From assembly GCA_001179505.1 (NCBI GenBank), contig CDMY01000414.1, forward strand, positions 19,274-83,273: a stretch of 64,000 nt of DNA, given 5' to 3'. Below are positions 36,279-49,804 of the stretch, piece after piece. The notes below the pieces were generated by a model. That model had not been told where the DNA came from, ran no database searches, and saw nothing but the letters and a program-made list of their open reading frames with translations. The stretch's first letter is position 1. Each line of letters opens with the position of its first letter. Made by a program: the position numbers and the translations under genes. The DNA comes from Vitrella brassicaformis CCMP3155. Taxonomy: Eukaryota > Protista > Chromerida.

Positions 36279-38877
36279 ATGGCGATGCCTGTGCGATTGG
36301 CTGGCGCGTGGCGTATGGGGGAGGACTGGTGGTGTGTGATTATCATCGTCGCTCTGGTCGTCACGCAGGCCAGCGGCCAGACAGAAGTTCCGTCTGAGTC
36401 ATCGAGGTGCTTCGGCCACTGGGGCGAGTGGAGGGCGTGCCAGCTGGATGAGGGCGGCAACTGCACGCGGTCACGTGACCAGCACCTGGATTTCCCGGTG
36501 GACGACGAGAATAGGCCGTGCGTCCCCAAGACGCAGACAGAGCCATGTGCACCCGAGGAGTGCGGCGACCCGAGGGTGTGCAAGGGCAGCTGGAGCGCCT
36601 GGTCAACGTGTAGTGAGGAGTGCCGGCAGACACAAACCTTCACCCTCGACAACAATGACACATCGGTGGACACGAGTCACTGCGCGAACCAAGACAGCGA
36701 CACCGAGTCCAGAGATTGCGATGGCGGGGCCTGCGTCAAGGGTGAGCAGACAGACAGCTCCCATGTCCACACGCATCCACATCAGTCTCGTGACGGACCC
36801 TTTTGTGTGTTCGTGTGCCCCGTGTGTGGTGTTCCGTTGCAGATACAGCACCGACCAGCCTCAGCTACCCCGGCCCCGACGTGACGATCCTGTGTGTCGG
36901 AATGCCCATTCCCGGGCGCAGGCCGACGTGGGAGGGCGGCGCGCCAGAGCGCTTTGAGAGCGACCGGCTGCCCCCGGCGCTGGCGGTCAACACGACCACT
37001 GGCGTGCTGGGGGGCACACCAAGGGAAGAGTCCAGCGAGAAGTCCTACACGATTGAGGTATGCCATGTGTGCGTGAGGATGGACAGAGGGGAAGGGGATC
37101 GAGACTATGCAACTCAACTGGTGGATTGGTGTGCTTGTGCTGGCTGTGCATGGTTCAGGCGGTCAATTCGGGCGGCCGTGCGTCGACAACTCTGACTCTG
37201 GAGGTGAAGCCGCCGATGCAGCTAGGGTCCACACCGGTCCGTCGCAAGAAATGGTCCCCCGTGGTCGACATCGAGCTTACGTCCCTCTCGACCACCTACT
37301 ACACGCCCCACGAGGTTGTGGCGGTCGTGGCGCCCTCACAGACGCCCCTCAACGACATCCTCTGCCAAGCTGTGCCCCTCCTGAGGTCCGATGCCAGCTC
37401 CATCATCTCTCCCACAGAGTGCCCTGAGGAGGGGAATGATGGCGGGGGTTTGTGTTTGGTCGGCATGTTGGCCACACCCGGCGAGAAGCAGACGCTGTAC
37501 CTCAATCTGATGGAAGAGGAGAGCCCCCCGTGTTGGCCGCTTCTCCATGACAGCGAGGAGCTCAAGGTGGTGGGTCTCGTGACGCTCCTCCCTAACGAGC
37601 AGGCCAGGCGGGACGTGCCCATGATCCGCGAGTACCTCGACAAGCACCACGCTGTAGGCGGCGATGAGACGCCCAATGTGCTGATGCTGGGGATGTCTTC
37701 GCCCGAGGAGCGCGCCTTCAAGTTTGTGTTGGAGGACCCCAGCGAGGAGGACAAGACGGCCCCTTTCCAGACCACCATTCAGCTCAACACGGGCAGCCTC
37801 AGCGTCGACAGTCTCCGCGAGCTGGAGCAGGAGGTTGAGAAGCTTCTCGGTGTGTCGCCCGATCGCATCCGCGTGAAGTCCGCCCCAAACCAGGCCGTCA
37901 CAGTCGTCTTCATGCCGGAGAAAGTGTCAAGACGTCGCAGTCTCCACACTGGCCATGCCGAGTACGCCAAAACGCCCTTTGTGCTGTTTGAGGACTTCCG
38001 CCGGCACGTCACGGACCCCAGGAGCCGCCTCTACCAACAACGCGACGAATTCCGGTGGCTTGATGAGGTCGTGGCCAGCAATAAGCCACTCGTGCCACAG
38101 AAAATGGTGCTCTGTGCCAGCGGCGCGGTCGCAGACAGCCCACAGAAGTGCCCCCCCGGGCCGCCCCCCGCCGACAGATCCACACCCGCCCCGCCCCCCA
38201 CCGATGACAACCCTTGGTATGAGCACGACTGGGTGTGGGGGATGATCGGGACGGTCGTCTCGCTAGTGGGGCTCGCCATCTCGTTCCAAATCACCCACTG
38301 CAAGAGGACGCGGAGACAGGCTCAGAGGGACGCCGCTGATGGAGACGGCGGCGATGAGGAGCAGGGCCGGAGCAAGCGGACGGATGACACCAGTGACGAC
38401 GACAGGCAAGACGGCGACAGCGCAACCCCGCCCGGCAGGGCGGCTTCTTCGGTCCCGGCGACTCGCCTGCCCAGCCAGGCGTCGCGTGGCGTGGCCGATG
38501 ATGAAGATGACGCCGACACGACGTACGCAGAGGAGGATCCGCCCACGGCTGCCCCTGCCCTCGGGATGCCCTACGGCCATCCCCACCCCCAGCTGTCCCC
38601 CTACGTGGGCTATTTCCATCCTCATGCGCCGCCGCACTTCCCCCCCTCTATGCCCTACTACCCCCCCCACCATCATTACGCCTGCGGGAGGCTGTCGGGC
38701 GTGCCGATGCACACGCAGAGCGCCACTCGCAGCAGCCGAAGTGCCTCTGCCAGCCCGGCGGGCAGCTGTCACTGGCCGTCGACACGGTTCGCCTCGAGCA
38801 ATGTGCTGTCGGTGGCGGTGGGGGATTCGGCGGATGAGCAGCAGAGAGAGAGAGAGAGGCGGTCTGAGAGAGGGTGA
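36279..38877 (+). CDS. Type I membrane protein: signal, 2x TSP1-like, putative Ig (He_PIG-like) module, TM, acidic and Pro/Tyr-rich tail
   Basis: CFGHWGEWRAC...RSR and CKGSWSAWSTCSEEC..Q.QT (TSP1-like). LPPALAVNTTTGVLGGTP...YTIE|AVNSGG..TTLTLEV (He_PIG-like). TM WVWGMIGTVVSLVGLAISF. Confidence 0.8.
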
Positions 38878-39768
38878 GGGAGAGAGGAGTTTTGGTTGTT
38901 TTTATTGGGCAATCTGTCCAGCTCAGCTGCCTCTCTGTCTGATGTCATGTGTCAGTGTGTGTGCGTTGTGAGTGCGGTGCGTTGGTATCGATTCGATCGT
39001 ATGTGTCCGTGTGTTCGTTCGTGTAATCGTGTTTGTACAAGTCTTGTACCACACTACCTGTGTGTCTCCCTCTCTGTATGTGGTGCGGTGCGCTTTATCT
39101 AACCCGGTGAGTGAGTGACGATGCGAGCCACTGTAGAGTGAGTGAGTGGGCTGGGGTGGGGTGGGAGGGGCGGCTGGTTGGCTGCACTGACCTGACTGAC
39201 GTGTGTCTGACGCGTGTGCCCGTGTTGCGTGCACCTCAGCTCAGCTCAGCTCAGCTCAGCTCGGTCTCGTGATCGATCCATGGGACAGTGTTGTCCTACT
39301 GTTAATGCGGTGTGCTGTGTGTGTGTGTGTGTGGTGATGTGGCCCCGAACTGTGACTTGACGTGTGTGTGTGCGATTGTGTGAAATCGCCTGATCCGTCG
39401 ACACGAGGAGATTCCATTGCAATGCCCCATATGTGGGCAGACAGACAGACAGACAGGCAGTTCAGGTCTCTCGCACTCACAGCAGCAGCACCAGCGACAG
39501 GCAGATAAAAACGATGCAAGTCTGGCTCCTTCTGTACCACCAAACGAAGACACACACACACACACACACACAAGGAGAGAGAGAGAGAGAGAGACACGAA
39601 CGACGCGCAGAGATGCAACAAGTTGGGGGGTTGAAAGAGCGACGCACGCAGAAATGTCACGCACAGAAGAAGCGTGCCGTCAGGTCACGCACAGGCACAA
39701 CACAACAAGCACACGGACACGCAGGGGTTAAATAGACGGGCGAGAGAGGCAGCCACCCCGCCCCCCCC

Positions 39769-40068
39769 NNNNNNNNNNNNNNNNNNNNNNNNNNNNNNNN
39801 NNNNNNNNNNNNNNNNNNNNNNNNNNNNNNNNNNNNNNNNNNNNNNNNNNNNNNNNNNNNNNNNNNNNNNNNNNNNNNNNNNNNNNNNNNNNNNNNNNNN
39901 NNNNNNNNNNNNNNNNNNNNNNNNNNNNNNNNNNNNNNNNNNNNNNNNNNNNNNNNNNNNNNNNNNNNNNNNNNNNNNNNNNNNNNNNNNNNNNNNNNNN
40001 NNNNNNNNNNNNNNNNNNNNNNNNNNNNNNNNNNNNNNNNNNNNNNNNNNNNNNNNNNNNNNNNNNNN
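39769..40068. other. Assembly gap (300 N) flanked by poly-C
   Basis: Exactly 300 N with C-runs on both sides. Confidence 1.
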
Positions 40069-40099
<31 letters not shown>

Positions 40100-40754
40100 C
40101 CCGGCCCCCCATCACTGATGCTATAGTGGGCAGTGCCCGGCACAACACGTCTGTCATGCAGAGCCATACATACGCCATTGAGAGAGACACATGCGATTCG
40201 TCCATCCAAGAAAGAGGTGGAGAGGACCCACCGGCCGACAAACACACTGGGTGAGAGAGAGAGAGAGAGAGAGGTGAGCGGCAGGCTTTCAATCAAAGCC
40301 TGCCGCCGTGGCTCGTCCAACCAACGAAACGGCCTACCGCCTGCCTAAACGAGATGGTTTCTATGAGAGCCAGCTCTTCGCAGCTAGCAATGCTGTGCGG
40401 CCATCCCATAGCCATCATGAAGGAGTCAATCGGTGCGATCAATAACAAACAGGGCCATACCAGCCAACAAAGGCAATCACAAAACCTCCCCATGTCCGAT
40501 GGATCGATGGATGGATGGATGCATGAATTCATCCACCCCCCCACGCAGAGAGAGACCCACTGATCTTGAGAGGAGTCCCTCACGCGCCTTCTCGCCCTCC
40601 CCCTTCCCCTCCCTCCCCCCGCCCAGCCCGAATGAACAAACACAAACACAGTAGGTGGGAGTACGAATTACAAACACACCATGAGCACATCAGTCGGGAA
40701 AACGATACACACATACACGCACAAAGCAGCGAGCAATCGCCCACATGCCGACAC

Positions 40755-43700
40755 CTAGTTCCCGCTGCCATCGTCATCGGCAGAGCTGTCGTCCTCGTCT
40801 ATCTCCAGCACGTCGGTGTCCTCCTCCTCCTCCTCCTCCCCTCCACCACCACCCGGCGCATCCGTGGCCGCCTCGGTATCCGCGTCTATGTCTTGGCCGT
40901 AGAAGGACGCCTCTGGCGGCGGGTACACCAGGGGGGCGCCCTCGACCTCCTCAAGTGTGCTGCTCGCCGTCGCTGCTGGCTGAACCTCACCACCTGATCA
41001 GATCAACCATCACACAACCAGCCGTGACGCGTGTGTGGGTGGATGGTGCAGGTCCGCTACCCACCTTGCGAGCCTCTAAAGCGTGGTTGCTGTCCGACGG
41101 TGTGTTCCGGCAGGCTGACATTGGACCCTGGCGCGACGAAGGTCGCCGCGGCGTCCTGGTAGTAGCACCAGGGGACGCCAGCGTTGGCTGATGGTGCGTA
41201 GCAGCACTGCCTGTCCAGACACTGCTGGGCAGTGATGCCGTAGTACCCACAGTCGCGCCGCACATCCAGCTCGTCCGCCGCGGCACACGCACTGGCCTCT
41301 CCTGATGCTGATGTGTCGTTCCCCACTGCCGTGCCTGAACACACACCCACACACACAAGTGTGGCCATCCGTCGGTGCACTCTCTCTTTCTCTCTCTCTC
41401 TCTAGCAGCTCACTTTGTGCCCGTGGTGGGCCGCCCCCCGCCTGTGCGGTGGCGTTGACCTGCTGCGCCACCACCTGGTAACACCGCTTCGGGCCGGACA
41501 CGGCCGGCTGTCCGTCGGCAGGGGACCTCCTGCCGACATCAGTGGCCTTGAGCAGACAGCTGGGGTTGCTCGTGTCCACCCTGTTGGGCCTGAAGGTGAA
41601 GAACTGGCACTGCGGGTCGTCCCTGCAGGCCGCCTGGCAGGCGGCCGAGGTGTCGACTGCGAGGGCTTTGATGTCGGGCCCTGTAAAGACGATGCCAGCC
41701 TCGTAGCACTTGTCGCCGGCCCAGTAGACCATCACGATCTCGCCGGTCATGTCGGAGGAGACATACATGTGGCCCTGACAACACGCCACGCCACACCACG
41801 CACTTGTCATGTTTGTGTGGGTGTCTGGGTGGTGGGTGGCTTGGTGTCTGTGGGCGCTTAGCTTACCCTGTGGTCGAAGGCCACCGAAACGGGCCGCAGG
41901 TCAGTCGACCACAGACGATTGATGCCTATGCGACACCAAGGACAACAAACTGTTTACACACGCCGTCACACCTCTCTCTCTCTAAGAAGAGACGGGCGTA
42001 CGCTACCGAGGTGTGTGAGGACTTTCTGCTGGTCGCCGTCGAGCCGCATGTCTTGGCTGACAGGCACCCGCACCACCTCATACCCCACAGGCACCTCCCT
42101 GTTCCACGACCCATGCAGCGCCACAAACAGGTCCCCCCGCCACGCACACGGCAGTGCGGTGGTGTCCTGCCGGCCGTCTTGGCGACATGGCGCGTCAGGG
42201 TAGTCGACGCCGTAGAATGCGATGCCGAGAGGGGAGGTGTGCGCCGACATGAGGGTGAAGGGCTTGATGACGTTGGTGGCGTTGTTGCACCACTCGTCTG
42301 TGTAGTTGGTGAAGCCCGGCCACACCCTGACAGTTATACACAGCCACACCATACCATCAGCACACCCAAAAACAAGAAGGAAGGGATGGCGACTGACTGA
42401 CGGGCAGACCAGACCATTGTGTTCTGGCGCCCCTGGCGAGGTTGTCCGGGAGGGCGTACTCGCTCCAGCAATACGGATAGCCGTAGAACCTGACACACAT
42501 CACACCACACACGATGCATTTCTTGTCGGCATTCGTGTATGTGTTCTGTGTCTGTCTGTTTGTTTTTCTGACCTGCCGGCATTCTTCCACTGGAAGCGGT
42601 TGATCTCGTCACCAGGGTTGTCTGTGAGCCAACGAAGGAAGCCGACATGCAGCTGTGTGCGGTTGTGTGACTTTGTGTCCGCCCTACTCTTGTGCACGTC
42701 GCCTCCAAGGTCAGCTCTGACCACACACACGGACACACGCATGCATCTGTTATCGCGCAATGGCTGTGGTATGGTAGCAGGGCTAACCTCTTCAGCTCGT
42801 CCGCGCCGGTGTCGCCGCCCCACAACATGCCTGTCAGGGAAGCATAGCATGCACACCCACCACGGATCCATCAGAGCCGCAGGGATGCATCTGTCTGTCT
42901 GTGTGCCTTCCTTCGTGTGTGTGTGTGTGTGGCTGGCTGGCTGACTGGTTTCCTACCGTCAGGTCCCCACGCCAGCCCCACCGTGTTGCGAACACCATCC
43001 TGAACGGACACACAGATACACACAATGGATTGGTCAGACTTTGCTGCATTTGCTGTAACCAAGCTTGCTTACCGCGAAGACTTCTCCCTTGGCGAAGTCT
43101 CTTGGGCCCCCGATGAGGGCATCCGTCATGCCCGGAAACCTGAGTGACATACACGGTGAGGGTATGGAGATGGAGGGATGCCCAGGCTGTCTTTCCCTTT
43201 GCCCTCACCTCCTGATTCGGGCCCTGAAAGACGTCCGATCGACGTTGCCCATCGAGCCGATCGAAACATATAGCGTGCCATCCTCAGACAATATCAGAGA
43301 CCTATGGATACGCAGCACCCCACCGACCACAATGCGCAACAAGTGAGATGGAATCCCTCAAGCCCTGCCGACCTCTCTCTCTCACCGTGTCCAGTGCCCC
43401 CTGTTTGCGCCGCCCCTGCCGTCGGCATTCATGTTGACGACCACCCTCTGCTGCGTCGTCAGGTCGATCGGCGTCCGCTGCTTGGGCTCGTACTTGTACC
43501 GAAACACGGTCGTGTCGGAGGAGACGAAGATGAAGCCGTGCTTGACGGCCAGGCCGTGCGTCAGCGGCACCTTGACGTTCAGCAGCATCGCCTGCTCTGT
43601 GTCGGGGTCGCTGAACTGCACCAGAACACAACACAACACATCACATTCTATGCATTGCATGCCTTTCCCCCTTTTCCTGGTTGACTCCCTCACCCCATCT

Positions 43701-44031
43701 CCATTATCGTCCCAGAGTGCGATGACTCGCGCAGAGTTCATCGAGATGCGATCAAGGACCAGCAGGTCGTTGCCCGTATCGGGACTCAACACTAGCTGAC
43801 GAGGCTTCCTGCAACCACGCAGTCACACACACACACAGAGGGGAAAACAGTGTGGGCCCTCCCTTTCTGTGCCCTTATCAGGCGTACTGACCCAAGGTTG
43901 CCAGTGAATCTGCAGGCGGCCACGCCATCCGGCGTGTCGGCTCGTGGGTAGGGCGGGCAGGGCAGCACAGCACTCACACATGCGATGCAGATCAGCAGAC
44001 AGAGAGAAGCGAGAAGGGCCTGGCGCGCCAT
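40755..44031 (-). CDS. Secreted PQQ-type glucose/sorbosone dehydrogenase beta-propeller (AA12-like) plus PAN/Apple plus P-type trefoil plus acidic tail
   Basis: Signal MARQALLASLCLLICIACVSA. Motifs: LYVSIGSMGNVD, GVRNTVGLAW, DNPGDEIN, FYGYPYC, AHTSPLGIAF, LHGSWNREVPVGYEVV, MYVSSD. PAN-like CQAACRDDPQCQFFTF..CLLK..SGPKRC. Trefoil RRDCGYYGITAQQCLDRQCC...VPWCYY. Confidence 0.88.
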
Positions 44032-44623
44032 TGGGGGGGAAAATTGAGGGCGCTCACCGCGGCCTGCAGCAGCACAAACAGAGCATACACAGGCGCATCT
44101 ATCTGTGTGTGATTGTATTGGCATTGAGAAGCGAGATCTTTCCCTCTCACCTTAGCTAGCCAGATCGGTGAGATCTGCGGATAGATAGCGTTGAATGTGA
44201 TCCTTGAAGCTGCGTTGAGATAAGCCCGCGGCCACCCTCTCTTCGTCTTCGCTTGCGCGATCCTCTCAGCCCGACCGAAATAATAGTACCCTGGTGGTTT
44301 CGGTGGGTCGGGGAGAGAGGGATGGATGGATGGATGTGTGGATTGGCTGTACAAGGGTTGACGCATACATGCAGGCAGGCCGGATCATGATTGTCATATA
44401 TACAGCAGACACCAGCTATTGTCACGACCACATGCACATCAGTCGACCACACACACCGTTTTGCTACACACCCGGCTCGTGCCTCATGGCGGCCCGCCGT
44501 CACCGTATCAGCTGCAGACAGGAAGCAGTGACAACACCCAGTGGACGGCGGGTAGAGAGCGGTGATAGTGCCTTAACATCTCACCTGTGTGTCTGCAGTG
44601 TTGATAGGGTTCATATGATCGAC

Positions 44624-46675
44624 TCAGTCGCTCCCCCCCTGGACACGCAGGCATGTGCGATGGCATCAGCATGCAGCCATGAGTGTTCCTTCCCCGTGCC
44701 CTCCCCGCCCTCACCTCTGTGATGTGCCATATCTCAATCTCGCTCGCTGTGAAGTTGTTCGACTGCGCCAATGTGCCGTTGCCCTGCTGATTGATGTTGC
44801 CCTTGTATCCCAACGGCAGCAGCTCGTCCTTCGCGATCCACTGGTGGCAGCTGCTGAGGTCGGCAGCCGGACCAGGCTCGGCGAAACCCAGCCAGAGATA
44901 CCCGCGACCGATGTAGACATTGGCAAGCGGCTCGCGCTTTTTGTCCATCACCGCCCCCTGTGTGCCGGCCACCGCCACCGTCTGCCTGTCCTCGGGCAGC
45001 TCGATCTTGGTGGGGGTGTCATAGGCGCCGGACAGCGAATAGAAGAAGGTGGGCACCTTGTATTCTTGGGGCGGTGTCAGCTCGCCGTCGATGAAGCACC
45101 CGAATCGGTGCGTGTCGCCGTCTCGGAGGGCGAACAGGAGGCCGCTCTTGCCCGCCACACACTGCAGCATCTTGGGGTACGCATACGTGTCGCGACTGCC
45201 CCTGAGGGATGGATGGCACGGGAGCAATACACACAAAGACGGTGTGTGCTGGGTGCATTTGCTCTCCGTGGCTTCATATGACTGCTCGCCCACCTGTATA
45301 TGAGCGATGGCTTTGGTGAGGTTTTGCCCGTCATCTTGAGCACCTCGTTCCACTCCTCGGCCGTCTCGATGACCAAGTTGCCCCCCGCCAGGCCGCTGCA
45401 GAAGGGCTCGTGCTTCAACCCATACATCTCGGTGTCGACCTGCATCTGCCTGGCGTTGCTTGCCGTCGGCGGCATGACGAGGGACGCAGGCTGTGTGATG
45501 CGCTTTCTGCGGGCAAAGTCGACCACCTTCATGAAAGGCGCAGACGACGTGGCGTGGACAGCCGCACCGCTGCAACAATACAGAGAGAAGATGAGAGTGG
45601 CCATGCAGCCTCTCCCGTCTGTTCGATCGGTGTTGTGTCACCTACTCGTGGAATGTCGTGTAGAGTCGTTTGTCGCGGCCAGCATGTGACAGTGTGGCCT
45701 CGGTGGTCGAAACCGTCTTGCCCCCAACCCGCACGCTCCTGATCTCATCCCCCTGCCCCACCCCCGACGCCAGCAGCGGCTTCACGAGCTTGTAGAAGTG
45801 CTTCAAGCGGTCCTCGGCCGCACCCAGCCAACCCACTGACGCATCCAGGCTTGCAATGCTCTTGCTGAATGTCGCCATGCCGTCGATCGCCTTATTCTCG
45901 CCCTCCTCCTCTCCGTCTTGCTGCTGCTGTTCGTCGTCGACCTGCATGTTGTCGTGGTCGTCATTGTCTGGCGTGGGTGCGTCTGCGGGCATGTCGATGT
46001 CCAGGCTGGTCTTGGAAGCGAAGAGGAGGTCGTGCCAGAAGAGCGACGAGCTGTCGGTGGCGTGAACGCCAGTGAGCTCAATCTTGGCGGTCTCGCCCTG
46101 GGCATCGACGCCGAACAGCTTGGCGATCTCGTCAAACAACCTGAGACAGACACAGAACAACCACAGAAGAAACCATTAGGTTGGCGGGCCGATTCTTCGT
46201 CATCTCTTTCGCACCGACTGCACAGGGTTGCAGCTTACCAGTCTACATACACAGGGTCAGCATCGAGGAAGGGCCGGCCGTCCGTGTCCTTCGGCAGTCC
46301 CTCCAGATGGTACAGCAGCAGATATGCAATGACGCTCTCACTCACGCCGGGCAGCAGCAGCGGCTTGCGCGGCACACACAGCACCGTCCCGCCCACGTTG
46401 ACCTCTATCTCCTCATCCAGTTGCCCCATGGCACTCGGCTGCCCTCCGTTGCTCGTGATGAGCCCTCGAATCATCGCCGCTTGCTCGCGCAGCTTTCTCC
46501 TCATCTGCTTGGCGTTCTGCTCGATAGCCGCCAGCGATTGGTCGGCCTCCTTGAGCGCTTCATCGATTCGTCGGCGGCCGATGGTTGGGAGCGGCTCAAA
46601 CTCGTCAACATCGCCTCTTGCTGCTGCCGCAACACCCGCAGGCGGCTCATCCGCCTTGCGCTTCTTCGACAACAT
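44624..46675 (-). CDS. BTB/POZ(T1)-like plus TLDc-like protein, expanded family, paralogue 1
   Basis: IEVNVGGTVLCVPRK...LPKDTDGRPFLDADPVYVDW, a second T1-like repeat SVRVGGKTVSTTEATL, and the TLDc-like SLIYR|GSRD..HRFGCFIDG..FFYSLSG..LWLGF..FTASEIEIW. Confidence 0.8.
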
Positions 46676-46802
46676 CGACTACGAGCAAAAGAGCGCCGCG
46701 ATCCACTCAAAGCTCGCGCATGAAGAGAGGTGCACACGCAGATGGATCTGTGTCCACCGCGCGGCATCCATCGTCAGTAAGAAGGTGTGTGAATAGATCC
46801 CG

Positions 46803-48975
46803 ATGCTGAGTCAGCAGGAGCTTGACACGCTGCTGCAGACGCTCAACGACATCAACAGCCCCTTCGAGAAGCTCGGCAGCGCCCTGCGGGACAGTTACCA
46901 GAAGCAGGACCTCTTCAAGGTCGGGTCGGTGATCTGCATCCTCCTCGAGGACGGCCTCCTGGCCTTCGAGGCGCGGCTGGTGGGCTTCTACCTGCTCTAT
47001 GACATCTACGCCTCGCAGTCCGGCGTGAGCTCCAGTCCCTTCATCCCCCTGGTGCTCGACACCATCCAGTCTACCAAGGATGAGCGGGAGCGACGGTTCC
47101 TAGAGTGCTTCCTCTCGTCGGTCCCCAAGGAGGTGCGCCGCGAGGGTGACACACACAGGGCGGGCATGCAGATACACGTGACGGACGGATGAGTGGCTGG
47201 CACTTTTGTGTGGTTGTGTGTGTAGATCCACACGCAGTCGCCTGTGCAGTGGCTGTCGAGGCTCAATCCCAATGAGGTGTGTAAGCCGGGCAAGGGCAGG
47301 GAGGAACGGTCTCTCTATCGCTGGCTGCTTCTGCAGAGCTCGGGCAACGTGGATCTTGCCGTCTTCAGAAGGTTCTTCTCTGAGGGTATGCCTCTGTCAT
47401 CATCGTCCATCCATCCATCCATCCATGTGTCGTGTGTTGTGTGTCCGCGTACGTGTGTGTGCAGGTGCGCCCAGTGTGACGGGTTTCGAGACTATGGGCG
47501 TGCGGCCGTCGGTGAGGGACTCCACGCCCTCGTGGATCGTCGAAGAGCCCCTCGAAGCCACGTGAGCAAACCAGATGAATGACACACAATGGGGCAGCCA
47601 GCCGGCCATGGCGGTGGTCATCTTTGGCTGCAGGACGTTGTCGTCTGAGGATCTCAAGTCGAGTGAGCTTCACATGCTGAGCCTGGAGCCGTCATGGGTC
47701 CGCCCACCGCCCCCCCTCCTGGACCCAACGGCTGACGAGGTATGCAGCCATTGATTGAGCCGATGTGCCTATCTGTTTGTCATTCACTCATCGGCTTGTG
47801 TGTTGTGTTGTGTGTGTCAGGTGTACTGGCTGCAGGTGCCCCTTTTGGCCGAGCCTTTGTGGGACTACAGCATGTGTGTGGACCAGGCCTTCGGGGGAGA
47901 GGTCAGTCAGACAGGCAGTCAGCCGACAGGGAGGGACACACAAGGGAGAGAGAGGTTCGCGAATGGCCTCTTTGTGTGCAGATGAAGGCTTTGCTGTCCA
48001 ACGCAATCGTCAACTCCGTCGCACCCGACGTCCAGAACGTACGTCGCCGCACACCGCGCCACACCACAGCACACCAACCAACAGATATCGCCATGGAGGG
48101 TTTATTGCTATGTATGTCTTGGTTGATGCAGACGATATGCGAGGCGATCGACCAGGACCCCAAGCTGGTCTACCACTGCGGCCTCACACCACAGAGACTC
48201 ACCTCACTGGTGCGGACACGACACAGCCACACAAGAGATCTCCGTCGCGTGGGTATGTGTGTCCGTCCGTCCACCCGTCGAGTCGATGGTCTGTCTGTGT
48301 CCTCAGATTGAGAAGAACCCCCCCGTGGCTGTCAAGTGCCTCGAGAAGCTCATGTCGTCCGCACAGATCACCGAGTGAGTGAGAAGACTGGGCTGTGCAC
48401 CCACCTAAGGCAGCCGTGTGCATCTTTTATGTGTGTGTGTGTGTGGTTCACATGGTCAGTTACCTGTCTGTGATGCTCAACAACCCGATGTCGCTTCGCT
48501 GCATGGAAGTCGTCGACAAACTCGCTTACTCAGGTCGGTCGGTTGGCGGAGTGGTGGCCGTCGCCGCAGCCGTCATCTGCAGGTCCCCATGTGTGTGTGG
48601 ATGTGTGTGTGCCTGTGTGTGGTGGGTGATCAGTTGAGCTGCCGGCCGAGTTCCTGCAGGAGTATATCGCTCGGTGCATCTACTACTGCTCAAACGTCTC
48701 AGACAGCACTCAGCAGCGACACGTCAGACTGGTCAGTGAGTGGAGTGCCCACCAGGCACCGCGCCAGTCACCCCATTCCATGCACTCACTCATCGAGTGT
48801 GCGTGCGTGTCGTGTGTGTCAGGTGTGCATCTTCATCCATTCACTGCTGCGCAACGAGCGCATCAGTGTCGACAACGTGCTGCTGGAGGTGCAGGCCTTC
48901 TGCATCGACCACGCCAAAATCAAGGAGGCCGCCAGCCTGTTCAAATTCCTGAGGCTCAAAGAGCAGGCCACGTAG
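46803..48975 (+). CDS. CNOT11: CCR4-NOT complex subunit 11
   Basis: RLVGFYLLYDIY..SPFIP, WVRPPPPLL, EPLWDYSMC, DPKLVYHCGLTPQRL..IEKNP, MSLRCMEVVDKL, LPAEFLQEYI, RHVRLVCIFIHSLLRN, EVQAFC..IKEAASLFKFL. Confidence 0.93.
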
Positions 48976-49480
48976 ACGACAGACAGACGGGACATGTGCA
49001 CTGTAGATGACGGACGGCATATATATCCAATCAATACACGGTGGTGGTCGAACGTACTTACCCGTGTGGACGTGTAGATCTACCTCGGTCTGGTCTGCCG
49101 TGGGTGCGTGGGCGTCAGTGGTGTGTCAACGATGTGTGCCGTCTGGCCTGCTGTCTGTTGACGGCACTTGAGGCCACAAGTAATGATTATCGCGACGGGC
49201 CAGCCAGTCACGTGTCCGTACAGAGAGACTGGCTGGCCCCAAATCGACAATCGTCCGACCCTTCCCTCCCCTTGAGGACCGTCATACGCAATGCGTGTGT
49301 TGCTCGCCCTTGGTTGGCTGTGGGTCCGCCTGACTGCGGCGCAGCAGGATGTGTGGCTGATGAGCATTTGTTCAAGCTTGCCACAGATTGGCGTCTTGGC
49401 AGCATGATATGAACTTTTGTCATGATCAGTCAGTCCGTCACGCATCATGGCATTTATGCCACTGCAGAGATAAAGCTACG

Positions 49481-49722
49481 CAAGACAAACAGACACAAGA
49501 TAGGCAGGCAGTGTCCAGCCTTACGATCACCAGTTGTAGACACGAAGCGCATGTCTTTCCTCTGCCAACAGTCAGTCGCTCTGCCTGTGCTGCATGGTGC
49601 GTTCCCTCATGTCAACCTCCACCCTGGCTTCATCATCTCCTCGCCCTCTCTTGGCAGTGAGGGTGAGGAGCTGACGAAGACGCCGGCAAGGGAGACATCA
49701 AGCAACACACCCACGCACAGAC
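49481..49722 (-). repeat. Dispersed non-coding repeat, copy A (truncated)
   Basis: Shares gataggcaggcagtgtccagccttacgatcac ... ttggcagtgagggtgaggagctgacgaagac ... caacacacccacgcaca with copies B and C. Confidence 0.92.
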
Positions 49723-49804
49723 ACACACAACGCACAATAGACGAGCCGTGCCGTCACGCTACGTTTACACACCTGCCTCTGTCTGTGTCAGTCAGTCAGT
49801 CAGT

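Noticed and set aside
39235-39262. (CTCAG)5 as a regulatory array
   Set aside because: A simple pentanucleotide microsatellite between convergent genes.
39657-40320. ORFs across the second gap and the poly-C tract as a G-quadruplex feature
   Set aside because: The homopolymer probably caused the gap, and its true length and context are unknown.
5489-48975. Functional RNA-decay cluster (TUTase and CNOT11)
   Set aside because: They are about 37 kb apart with many unrelated genes between them, so there is no evidence of linkage.
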